Below are positions 55,916-64,000 of a DNA stretch of 64,000 bases, one piece after another. Where the stretch lies: assembly GCA_003602575.1 (NCBI GenBank), contig QQRY01000055.1:10395-74394 (forward strand), in the 5' to 3' direction. The notes beneath the pieces were generated by a model that saw nothing but the letters and a program-made list of their open reading frames with translations, did no database searches and had not been told where the DNA came from. The position numbers and the translations under genes are program-made. Position 1 is the stretch's first letter. Each line of letters starts with the position of its first letter. This DNA is from Candidatus Poseidoniales archaeon (GTDB taxonomy: Archaea > Thermoplasmatota > Poseidoniia > Poseidoniales > Poseidoniaceae).

Positions 55916-58272
55916 GTCCAATTTATAGGTCTAAGTTCATCACTAAGATCTTCTTCAAGTTGCCATCTAAACTCCGGGATTTCGCAAGGCGGCTCGATTA
56001 CATCTGCAAAATGCCACCACCAAGGAGGAGCACCCCGTGCACCCAATAAGCGCTGAAAATTCGATAAAGTCTGAGTTAGCATACGGCGGTTGCGTGGACT
56101 CGGATGATCTCTACGGTAGTAAATTTGAGACCTCTCTAATTGATCCCCATCATCTTCATGATAACCAAGTATTGACAAGAATCTTTTGAGTAAATTTATT
56201 TCGCGGTTATCTCTTAAAGTTACTTTTAATTGGCAATATTGGAATGAAATCTCTTTGCCTACGACTGTTGGTAGCACTACTTGAGAGCCTATTGGATGCA
56301 ACATCAAAGCTTCCCAGATACGAGGCATGACCTCACAATATCTTCGTTCACCGTTTCTAACATCTCCAATTGGGTATTCTTGTTCTGGACGTCCATAGTT
56401 ACGTAAGTACATCCAATCCCTACGTCCACGAAACTGATTCCAATACTGTGCAAAAAGTCCTTGTGAAGACGGGTTTTCTTGGTGAGGGGAGAAATTATCT
56501 TTCCAAACTTTAACCATTTTTTCTATTGATGGCGTTTTATTTCCTTGTTCTAAATCGTTATTGATGACATCTCTAGCCTTGTCGGTTTTTGCACTATCTT
56601 TCTGAGCTTGTTCTCCAAGTTCAACAAAATATCTATTCCTGCGCATGATGAAATTAAATTGTTGACGGACCCTTTCTTCGGCTGCAAATCCTTGCTCCTC
56701 AATTCGCGCCCATTCCTTCTCACCTCGAGAAAGCCACTTTGGAAAACCAGATGCGGTTCTAGAGATTGAAGTTGTGAAATCATCTAATGATTCCTTATTG
56801 ATTAATTCTGTATATTCTGGTGAAAGCAATTCGGGGAAGCCCAGTGGTTGATTGTCAATTAGTTCACTACGTAAACTATCAACCTTTTCGCTTGTAGTAA
56901 CATCATCGATTAAAGAGAGTACGACAGATGCGATTATATCGCCTAATGGCATATTTGAATGGAATCTTCCGCTATGGATACATATCGATTGGGTTTTCCG
57001 TGGATTTAGTGATTTAATATGTCTAATTATGTATGGCGCTCCATGAGCGCCCTCTCCAACTTTGACCTCATAGAAATGGCCTAATCTACCGATAACCAAA
57101 ATTGTATCTTGTTCAATGAAAACTTGACTTGGACTTCCTGATATCACTTCATTGAGCAGTTGTATTGAACGGCGGAGTGGTGGCTCGATTTTGACTAATG
57201 CATCTTGTTGATGTGTCCAATTATATTGAATCGCGTAAAGTAGATGCCCGTTCAGAGAAGAAGAAGGGGAGAATGATAATGAGATAAGAGACGCCCATAT
57301 AGCCGGTTTATCTGGAATTATAGCCAATCTAGTACCATTTGATTTTGTTCGCACCAAAAGTCTTAGATTCATTCCGAAAATTTTCAGTGGCCACTTTGAA
57401 GGAATGTTATATGTTGATGGGCATCGATATTCTTGCCAATGTTCAATCCAGGGATAATCAGCGAGTTCGCTCAATCCGCTAGGGTGATTAAGAAAGGCTG
57501 CATTAACTGTTTCATGGAAAATAGGTCCACCAATATTAGTGACGTTTGTCCTAAGGTCTCTAGCCCATGCCGATAATGGATGAATCCGATAATTTTCAGG
57601 TGGCGAGATATTCTCTTCAGCCATCCATTCAATCCATGATAGTGTGGCCATTAACGAGTCTCTATCTACGTGCCTACGTCTTTGCCTCCGCCTAAAATGA
57701 AAACGATCCCGTGGTGTTAATTCTGTTGATATTTGTGTCGAACCAAGGGAGATTATCATTTTGTTGATATCCCACCCAATGCGCTCTTTCTTATCAAAAA
57801 GCATCCTTACTAGTGAAGCAACAGGAACGTCGTTTGGTAATTCGCGACCATTAATAATGGCTTTAGATGATAAGAATGACAAGTGCACGTCATCGATCAT
57901 TGTAAAGCCTTGATGTAAGATTGACCTATCCTCTGAAGTTAGTCTGGCACCATTCTCCAAGTCATAGCAAATTTGCAGCCCCTTCTTCGCACTACATGGA
58001 AATGTCAAAACGGGGTCTATGTTTTCATCCAATTTAGCCCAATCTGCTAGTTTAGCATCTTGTGCCGAAGATTGAAAACACTCCCATCTTTTCTTACTAG
58101 ATTTGTCTCCGCCACCAATGAATTCCAATGCTTTCTCTAATGCCTCGGGGTGAATATCTTTGCCCCACTTCTTATTCTTTGATTGCTTAGTCATTGAATC
58201 GCATAATGCGCACAAGCCTCCTTTGGAGGCTTTTGACTCACATGTTTGACATTTTGCACCCTTGTTAGCCAT
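55912..58272 (-). CDS. Large orphan protein (786 aa) with an N-terminal zinc ribbon and an Arg-rich patch
   Basis: The ATG at 58272 follows GGAGAG; the ORF-track start at 58308 is TTG. The ribbon is CQTCESKASKGGLCALC (C-x2-C-x9-C-x2-C). An Arg-rich patch reads RFHFRRRQRRRHVDRD. I recognise no other motifs. The long uninterrupted ORF has no competing frame above 80 aa. Confidence 0.6.
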   Translation of the reverse strand: MANKGAKCQTCESKASKGGLCALCDSMTKQSKNKKWGKDIHPEALEKALEFIGGGDKSSKKRWECFQSSAQDAKLADWAKLDENIDPVLTFPCSAKKGLQICYDLENGARLTSEDRSILHQGFTMIDDVHLSFLSSKAIINGRELPNDVPVASLVRMLFDKKERIGWDINKMIISLGSTQISTELTPRDRFHFRRRQRRRHVDRDSLMATLSWIEWMAEENISPPENYRIHPLSAWARDLRTNVTNIGGPIFHETVNAAFLNHPSGLSELADYPWIEHWQEYRCPSTYNIPSKWPLKIFGMNLRLLVRTKSNGTRLAIIPDKPAIWASLISLSFSPSSSLNGHLLYAIQYNWTHQQDALVKIEPPLRRSIQLLNEVISGSPSQVFIEQDTILVIGRLGHFYEVKVGEGAHGAPYIIRHIKSLNPRKTQSICIHSGRFHSNMPLGDIIASVVLSLIDDVTTSEKVDSLRSELIDNQPLGFPELLSPEYTELINKESLDDFTTSISRTASGFPKWLSRGEKEWARIEEQGFAAEERVRQQFNFIMRRNRYFVELGEQAQKDSAKTDKARDVINNDLEQGNKTPSIEKMVKVWKDNFSPHQENPSSQGLFAQYWNQFRGRRDWMYLRNYGRPEQEYPIGDVRNGERRYCEVMPRIWEALMLHPIGSQVVLPTVVGKEISFQYCQLKVTLRDNREINLLKRFLSILGYHEDDGDQLERSQIYYRRDHPSPRNRRMLTQTLSNFQRLLGARGAPPWWWHFADVIEPPCEIPEFRWQLEEDLSDELRPINWT

Positions 58273-58320
58273 CCCTATCTCTCCGATAATTCGGCGAGAG
58301 TATTTCAATAAATGATAGAA

Positions 58321-59364
58321 TTAGGCTATTTGTTTGAATGCTTCTATTGTACGATCTATGTCTTCATCTGTGATGTGAAGGTGCGTCACTGCCCTAACCG
58401 CGATTGGCCCAACTTCAAGAACATCTATTCCCAATTCAGTAAGTTTTCTAAGAATCTCTTTCGCACCTTGAACTCCTTGAATATAAACCATATTTGTTTC
58501 GACACTATCTAAGTCTACACTAAAGCCGTCTATTTGATTGATGGCTTCGGCTAATCTTTGTGCCCTTGAGTGGTCCTCAGACATCCTCTCTATGTGATTT
58601 TCTAATGCATAAATTCCACATGCTGCTAATACTCCTGCTTGACGCATGCCCCCCCCAAACATTTTGCGCCACCTATGTGCCTTTGAGATGAATTCAGATG
58701 AGCCTACTAAAACACTGCCTACTGGAGTACCTAGGCCTTTTGATAAACAAATTGAAATCGAATCATAATCTCTAACCATCCTAGATGCTGGGGTACCTGT
58801 AGCGACAACTGCATTGAAAAGTCTAGCACCATCAATGTGAGCAGCACATCCATTATCATGGGCAACTTTAGCTATTTCATCGAGGGTTTCTTGAGGATAG
58901 CAAGTCCCACCCCCTCTATTTGCTGTGTTCTCAACACATACTAGCGAGCCATTTGGATAATGTCCTAGGCTACCCTCTTGTTTGCGAATCGCTTTGGCAA
59001 CATCTTCTGCATTCATTATTCCTGACTTTCCTTGTACAAGGGCGACTGAGCAACCTGAAAGAGCAGCGTATCCGCCCCCTTCATAAACATAAATATGGCT
59101 TGCAGTTTCAGTTATTATTTCGTCAGCAGGATTTGTATGCGCTCTTATTGCTATCGCGTTGGACATTGTTCCGCTCGGAACAAAGAGGCCGGCTTCCTTA
59201 CCAAGCATTTCTGCCAACATATCTTGTAATCTGATTACTGTTTTATCGTCGCCCAGAACATCGTCTCCCACTGGAGCTTTCATCATGGCTTCCCTCATAG
59301 CGATAGTTGGCTGGGTGACTGTGTCACTACGGAGGTCTACTCGTTCGCTAGGATACTCGCGCAT
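58321..59364 (-). CDS. ltaE: Low-specificity L-threonine aldolase (PLP-dependent)
   Basis: Contains DLRSDTVTQPT, GDDVLGDD and the PLP-lysine region SICLSKGLGTPVGS. The 347-aa length fits. Confidence 0.9.
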   Translation of the reverse strand: MREYPSERVDLRSDTVTQPTIAMREAMMKAPVGDDVLGDDKTVIRLQDMLAEMLGKEAGLFVPSGTMSNAIAIRAHTNPADEIITETASHIYVYEGGGYAALSGCSVALVQGKSGIMNAEDVAKAIRKQEGSLGHYPNGSLVCVENTANRGGGTCYPQETLDEIAKVAHDNGCAAHIDGARLFNAVVATGTPASRMVRDYDSISICLSKGLGTPVGSVLVGSSEFISKAHRWRKMFGGGMRQAGVLAACGIYALENHIERMSEDHSRAQRLAEAINQIDGFSVDLDSVETNMVYIQGVQGAKEILRKLTELGIDVLEVGPIAVRAVTHLHITDEDIDRTIEAFKQIA

Positions 59365-59404
59365 AAAGAGCCGTACTATCCATTATTCATCAATGCGGCG
59401 ATAG

Positions 59405-59746
59405 TCACAGTAATTTTAAGTCGTCAGTAATTTTTGATAATACTGATTCTATATCGGGGCCCAGTGCTAAAACGGTCAAAGATCCACTTGGGATTTGTGT
59501 ATGGCCTGCATCGTGAATTTTAGTAGATAATATTCCTTCGCTTGATGCTAGCTTTTCTAATGCCAATAAATTGTCTGCATCAATGCCTTTTACACAAATT
59601 TTCTTCTGCCCTGATGCAAGCCATGATTCTAGTAAATCCGGCGCTTCTTTCCCGCATTTTAAGGTTGAAGAAACTGCTGCGTGACCGACTTGGGCAGCAA
59701 TTTTACCTTTACCCATTTTTAAATTGGTATTTACTACCAAAACCAT
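59405..59746 (-). CDS. pth: Peptidyl-tRNA hydrolase, archaeal/eukaryotic Pth2 type (copy B)
   Basis: MVLVVNTNLKMGKGKIAAQVGHAAV...IHDAGHTQIPSGSLTVLALGP. I prefer the ATG at 59746, giving a 113-aa product of typical Pth2 length. The ORF-track TTG start at 59857 would add 37 unconserved residues. Confidence 0.85.
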   Translation of the reverse strand: MVLVVNTNLKMGKGKIAAQVGHAAVSSTLKCGKEAPDLLESWLASGQKKICVKGIDADNLLALEKLASSEGILSTKIHDAGHTQIPSGSLTVLALGPDIESVLSKITDDLKLL

Positions 59747-59853
59747 TTTCACTTCTTGGTCAATTACATTTCGATGTCTAAATGGCGGCGCCGTTAGACT
59801 ATGTATGAATGAACGTAGACCCATTGCGCTTCGTTCACAGCACTGGCTCTTAC

Positions 59854-60195
59854 TCAATAAGGCTTCAAGTCTTGAACCAAAGCATCGATGCTTCTTCTAG
59901 GCCCTGGGCCTATTCCGAGTACCGTTATTGTCCCTGCCGGTATTTCAGTATGGCCTGCATCCTTCACAATATGCGTAATCAGATTTGCCGACTGTGCTTG
60001 GCCTGCTAAAATTTGAAGTGAGGGTAAGTCTTCTACTTGTAAGCATATTTTCCTTGCACCACTATTTTTCCACCTTTCCAGTAGTCGCTTCTCAGATTTA
60101 ATAGCGACAAGTGTACAACTAGTAGCTGCATGAGCACATTGAACTGCTAGCTTACCTGCAGATAATTTCAAATCTTTACGTGCGATTAAGACCAT
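59854..60195 (-). CDS. pth: Peptidyl-tRNA hydrolase, Pth2 type (copy A)
   Basis: MVLIARKDLKLSAGKLAVQCAHAA...VKDAGHTEIPAGTITVLGIGPGP. The ATG at 60195 also gives a 113-aa product. The longer ORF-track start at 60231 overlaps the upstream membrane-protein gene. Confidence 0.85.
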   Translation of the reverse strand: MVLIARKDLKLSAGKLAVQCAHAATSCTLVAIKSEKRLLERWKNSGARKICLQVEDLPSLQILAGQAQSANLITHIVKDAGHTEIPAGTITVLGIGPGPRRSIDALVQDLKPY

Positions 60196-60205
60196 AGTAG
60201 TCTCA

Positions 60206-60865
60206 TTATGACTCGATGACATAACCTTCAACCACCAATACTTCTATTTCTTCGAGAGTTGGTTGATGTTGTAGAACTCTTGCGAACCAAGTGCCGAACC
60301 ATGCAGCGAACGTTAGATTCCCAAGAGCATGCATGAAGTCGTATGGGATGCCATTAGCAAGGTAAATCATGAATTGATTGAGGCTGATTGACCCATCGAT
60401 AATTGAGAATGACACAATGATATCGAACAAAAAAGCACTGAAAATTGACAACATGAATAACCTACTGAAATTGATGCTATTCGAGACAATTAGTTTTGTA
60501 TTCGCTCCAATGATTGCAATAATAGACCAACCGATCGCTTGATACAGAGTCCAAATTCCATTCCCGATTATGAAATTAGAAATCATAGTAACAAGTATTG
60601 CAAATGACACTCCTCTCTTAGCACCCAACTGTGCTCCAACAAGAAGTGCTGCTACTGTTACTGGCTGAATATTTGGTAATGGCGTCATGACTACACGTAA
60701 AAGTGAGATCCCAGCAATTATCGAAGCAAATAGAATAATGTCAGAGGCTCTTCTCTTTGTTGAACTCATCAATGTCCAAAAAACAATCCCTAGTAAAACA
60801 ACGTCTAGAACCAAACTTCCCATAGGCCCCAACACGGGGCCGTGGATGCCGGAGGCTTGGAACAT
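60206..60865 (-). CDS. Six-TM membrane protein, possibly an ECF-transporter S-component-like vitamin carrier
   Basis: 219 aa and all hydrophobic. LPNIQPVTVAALLVGAQLGAKRG and IPYDFMHALGNLTFAAW resemble blocks of S-component/DUF6580-type proteins. This is from memory and low confidence. Confidence 0.5.
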   Translation of the reverse strand: MFQASGIHGPVLGPMGSLVLDVVLLGIVFWTLMSSTKRRASDIILFASIIAGISLLRVVMTPLPNIQPVTVAALLVGAQLGAKRGVSFAILVTMISNFIIGNGIWTLYQAIGWSIIAIIGANTKLIVSNSINFSRLFMLSIFSAFLFDIIVSFSIIDGSISLNQFMIYLANGIPYDFMHALGNLTFAAWFGTWFARVLQHQPTLEEIEVLVVEGYVIES

Positions 60866-60902
60866 GAACTGGCCAAAAAGTGAAATGTCTTGAGCATTGT
60901 CA

Positions 60903-62615
60903 TCAAATTATCTTCCAGTGTACAATACTATCACTATTTATTTCAGCATATTGAGCCGACACCATGGCTTCTGAACCATCTATGAAAAATATCCACCCCT
61001 CTCCTCGAATGTCATTAAAACTTTCAATATACTTACCAATGGATGTATCTGAATCTTGAACAGATATCTTCAGATTCTCGGATGATTGATAAGTCAATTC
61101 AAGAGCATTCTCATTATTTATATGCCCGCCAGAAACTAATGTTTGGTTCTCAAACTCAAAGATTGCAACTTGTGTGCCTCGCCATTCTTCTGGCCATTCA
61201 TCATCCCACAACTCTTCAGCACTCTTAGATTCATCATTGATATCAGAGATGTATGAGGACCATGCTGCTACTATATCATTGAAGGCAAATGTGAAAATTA
61301 CGACTAAAATGATGATTAGATACTGGAATGAAGATTTGTAATTTTCTTTAAGAAACTGTATGCCGGAAATGGCTACAAACAGAAAGAGGAAAAATGTCAT
61401 AATTTGTGAAGTATAGTTGGTTTCAATTGTTTCTTCTTCGAACTGTTGTGAAACTGCCTCATCGACTAATGATGAGAATACTTGTAGATTGCCATTATCA
61501 TTACCGATTGCCAGAATCTGTCTCTTTCCTACTAATTGATACTCGGGTGCCGCTGTTCCATACCAATCATACTTTGTTGAAATAAGTTCATTGAAAATTA
61601 TTTGACTGGAGTTGTTTAGTGAAAATAAACCCCATCCACCATCTACTTTGTTTCTTGGTAGCATAAGCATTTCATCGAATACCACTGAGGATTCGCCATT
61701 GGAACTAAATGGATACTGATCGATGAAATTGCACGTGGCTGAACATTCGAATCTCTTCACAGAATTAGAATCAATAGTGATAATTGAATCATTAAAAATT
61801 AAAGGAATCCCTGGTGATGGTCCGGCATTGGAAACTACTTCTAACGACAAATCATCGGGATTTACTAAAACAATTGTACTATCAATAAGACCTTGGCCAT
61901 GAACCAGTAATTTCCCATTTACAACTAATGGAGCATGTCTAATTTTACCAATATCTAAGTTTTTAGATGTCGTATTTCCATTTTTGGAAACTTTCCAAAG
62001 AGTGCCCATTTCATCTCCTAAGAAGTAATTATCATCAAGTTTAGATACGCCATTTCTCCAACCAAGGCCTATATCTATGTCAAAATTAATATCACCATTT
62101 GAAAGACAATAATTAGCTAATCCCGTTCTTGTTGGGACCAATAAATTATCTGAATCAATCAATAATGAGCCGGTGATTCCCCATGTTAATACCTCAGTAT
62201 TTTGTTGCCAAAATTTTGCTCCTGAATCTGGATGTAATGCCTCAATCGTTCCATTGGCCCAGCCAATAACTAGCATATCAGGCCACACTCCACAGTCACC
62301 TTGTCCCTGTTCAACATAAGTTATTGGCGACATGTCATTTGAAATTGGATTATAGTTCAATTTAGACCAAAGCAATTCACCATCTAAATCGAATGCATAA
62401 ATTCCTGCGGGTCCAGAGTTCGGAGTGGAAGTTGAAGTCCTAACAAAAATAGTCTCATTAGCAATCAATGGTTTTGTCGAAATGAATGTGTCTCCAAAAT
62501 CATACTCCCAATCCAATTCCAAACCTTGAATTGTTTCAATTTCATCTTGGGCTGAAACATTTGATAGCCCTGATAGTAAGATGAAAATGGATAATAAAAT
62601 AGCACCGTAGCGCAT
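60903..62615 (-). CDS. Secreted PQQ-like beta-propeller protein with two TM helices and an extracytoplasmic C-terminal DUF4430-like (transcobalamin-like) domain
   Basis: The ATG at 62615 follows GGAGTGAT and begins MRYGAILLSIFILLSGLSNVSAQ, a signal peptide. Repeated G-x-L/I-x-A...G...LW/FW blocks are present (DGELLWSKL, SGAKFWQQN, GTLWKVS). The TM helices are IMTFFLFLFVAISGIQFL and YLIIILVVIFTFAF. The C-terminus GKYIESFNDIRGEGWIFFIDGSEAMVSAQYAEINSDSIVHWKI fits the DUF4430 pattern. Confidence 0.65.
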   Translation of the reverse strand: MRYGAILLSIFILLSGLSNVSAQDEIETIQGLELDWEYDFGDTFISTKPLIANETIFVRTSTSTPNSGPAGIYAFDLDGELLWSKLNYNPISNDMSPITYVEQGQGDCGVWPDMLVIGWANGTIEALHPDSGAKFWQQNTEVLTWGITGSLLIDSDNLLVPTRTGLANYCLSNGDINFDIDIGLGWRNGVSKLDDNYFLGDEMGTLWKVSKNGNTTSKNLDIGKIRHAPLVVNGKLLVHGQGLIDSTIVLVNPDDLSLEVVSNAGPSPGIPLIFNDSIITIDSNSVKRFECSATCNFIDQYPFSSNGESSVVFDEMLMLPRNKVDGGWGLFSLNNSSQIIFNELISTKYDWYGTAAPEYQLVGKRQILAIGNDNGNLQVFSSLVDEAVSQQFEEETIETNYTSQIMTFFLFLFVAISGIQFLKENYKSSFQYLIIILVVIFTFAFNDIVAAWSSYISDINDESKSAEELWDDEWPEEWRGTQVAIFEFENQTLVSGGHINNENALELTYQSSENLKISVQDSDTSIGKYIESFNDIRGEGWIFFIDGSEAMVSAQYAEINSDSIVHWKII

Positions 62616-62620
62616 TGAAA

Positions 62621-64000
62621 TCACTCCGTTATCTTTTGAATGGCAGCCCTAAGTAAAGCGCTAACCGCTTTACCATCCGCAGCACCAGCAGCCTGCATTA
62701 CAATCCCCATCAAAGGACCCATAGCGCCCATGCCTCTTTCCTTAACGAAATCCGCTCTTTGACTAACTATATCATTAACAATTGATTCCAAATCTCCCAA
62801 ATCTGCAGGTTTCAAACCATTATCAGAAGCATACTTTGCAATATCTTGTAAACTTGGTAGCGGCTGATTTGAAAATTCTAGAATTACTGAATTTACCGCC
62901 TCTCTAGTCAAATCACCATTCTCTTTAGCGGTCAAAACTAAACTTGCTAGTTGTGGGTCTTTGTCGTCATTCTCCAACAATACTGCTGCCCAACCTTTGT
63001 GCGGCAAGTCTCCGCAGAAATCAACAAATAAGTCATCTAATTCTCTTGCTAATAATTGGCTAGATTGATCTTTAGAAATGTCGTATTGCTCCATTCTTTC
63101 CGACCTTTCTTTATCAGTCATTGGTAAATTCGAAATTATATTTTCCCACATCTCAGTAGTCAATTTTAGAGTTGGAATATCGGTTTCAGGGTACATCCTA
63201 GCGCCGCCCGGCAGTGGACGCATTGGGGCTGTTGTCCCATCCTCAGGAGCACCTTTCTTGATAACAACATTCCTCACTTCTTGTGAAACTCTGTGCCATG
63301 CCATTCTAGCTCTAGCAAGTACACTCTCCAAGGCTAATTCTGCTTGCCAACTAGGAGCTAAGCATAGTACAAAGCCGTCGTTGTCTTTCAAAGATAATTG
63401 CTTTCTGACCAAGTCTACATGTTCTTTTTCAATTCCATAGGCAGGCAATTCATCGGAATGGAATACCCCCTTGACGCCTGCTAGTTTTGCTGCACCGGCC
63501 AATTCTCGACCGAGTCGTGGTAATTGAGAACCTTCATCATCGAGTTCTTTAGTACCGATTAGCCCTGCTAAACCTGGAAGCGGTAAAGCCAACATCACGC
63601 TATTTTTTGCCAATCCTGTTTTGACCATTTTAGAGTCGCAATCAGCAAATTGGGTTGACACATCTGTTAATTCGAGAGGTAATGCTAATGCCACTTTTTC
63701 TGCAACTTCTTGCTCGATTTGTGGGTCTGTTGAGCGTCTATCCGGTGGAAGAAGTGGCAAATCCATAGACTCTCTAAGTTTATTTGATAGACGGTAAAAA
63801 TGTAGTTGTCTAGCCATTTCAAGTCTAATAATTCGAGGAATCCAAGATAAATCCTGACAGCCTTTTATCTCAATTCTATCGCCACAAGCAATTGATACAT
63901 TGAGGTCTTGCCGAATACTGCCAAGGCCCCTTCTAACCCTTCTTGTCTGTCTTAGAGACCTACCAAGTGCGATTGCTGTTTGCTTTGCATGTTCAGGGGA
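62621..64000 (-). CDS. gatE: Glutamyl-tRNA(Gln) amidotransferase subunit E (GatE), with its 5' end outside the window
   Basis: Contains SDELPAYGI and RMYPETDIP, plus a C-terminal GatB/YqeY-like helical domain. Hand translation upstream of the ORF-track Met stays open to nt 64000 and reads ...GSIRQDLNVSIACGDRIEIKGCQDLSWIPRIIRLEMARQ, the conserved GatE core. Confidence 0.9.
   Translation of the reverse strand, partial: SPEHAKQTAIALGRSLRQTRRVRRGLGSIRQDLNVSIACGDRIEIKGCQDLSWIPRIIRLEMARQLHFYRLSNKLRESMDLPLLPPDRRSTDPQIEQEVAEKVALALPLELTDVSTQFADCDSKMVKTGLAKNSVMLALPLPGLAGLIGTKELDDEGSQLPRLGRELAGAAKLAGVKGVFHSDELPAYGIEKEHVDLVRKQLSLKDNDGFVLCLAPSWQAELALESVLARARMAWHRVSQEVRNVVIKKGAPEDGTTAPMRPLPGGARMYPETDIPTLKLTTEMWENIISNLPMTDKERSERMEQYDISKDQSSQLLARELDDLFVDFCGDLPHKGWAAVLLENDDKDPQLASLVLTAKENGDLTREAVNSVILEFSNQPLPSLQDIAKYASDNGLKPADLGDLESIVNDIVSQRADFVKERGMGAMGPLMGIVMQAAGAADGKAVSALLRAAIQKITE

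Noticed and set aside
1-64000. CRISPR arrays, IS elements, rRNA genes, toxin-antitoxin pairs and known compact defence cassettes
   Set aside because: I found no regularly spaced direct repeats, no transposase, integrase or Cas-like ORFs, and no small paired ORFs with toxin motifs. Coding density leaves essentially no room for unannotated arrays.

Overview
This is a densely packed chromosomal window of about 48 genes from an AT-rich archaeon. The only sizeable non-coding stretch is about 0.3 kb, at 53.5-53.9 kb. Archaeal identity is read directly from the translations: RadA, two archaeal-type Pth2 peptidyl-tRNA hydrolases, GatE, a TFB-like zinc-ribbon/cyclin-fold protein, a Fap7-like kinase, archaeal lipid head-group enzymes, and an initiator-type tRNA-Met with A1:U72. 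Giant membrane-anchored surface proteins alongside many bacterial-type metabolic genes resemble planktonic marine Euryarchaeota (Marine Group II / Poseidoniales-like), but that placement is inference only. Housekeeping content includes radA, ftsZ, icd, maeB-type malic enzyme, a PabC-like protein plus a PabB-PabA fusion, a YchF-like GTPase, proline iminopeptidase, threonine aldolase, RlmH, PduO-type adenosyltransferase, Nudix, DHH and OsmC. I saw no rRNA, CRISPR array, transposase, integrase or obvious prophage. Many ORF-track starts are TTG/GTG; I moved several to downstream ATGs that sit behind strong GGAGGTGA-type Shine-Dalgarno sequences or that begin a signal peptide or conserved domain. 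The items most worth a second look are: (1) a translationally coupled bacterial-type AddB/AddA-like helicase-nuclease pair (44.8-53.5 kb) in which both subunits appear to carry Cas4/AddB-style cysteine-bracketed nuclease domains; (2) a 1147-aa helical protein ending in a PIN nuclease domain; (3) a polytopic membrane protein fused to an EF-hand pair and a SAP/HeH-like tail; (4) a 786-798-aa zinc-ribbon orphan close to a divergent TFB-like gene; (5) a propeller-TM-DUF4430-like protein next to an ECF-S-component-like membrane protein, a possible corrinoid capture module; and (6) two giant surface proteins with the same signal peptide / ectodomain / TM / cytoplasmic tail layout.
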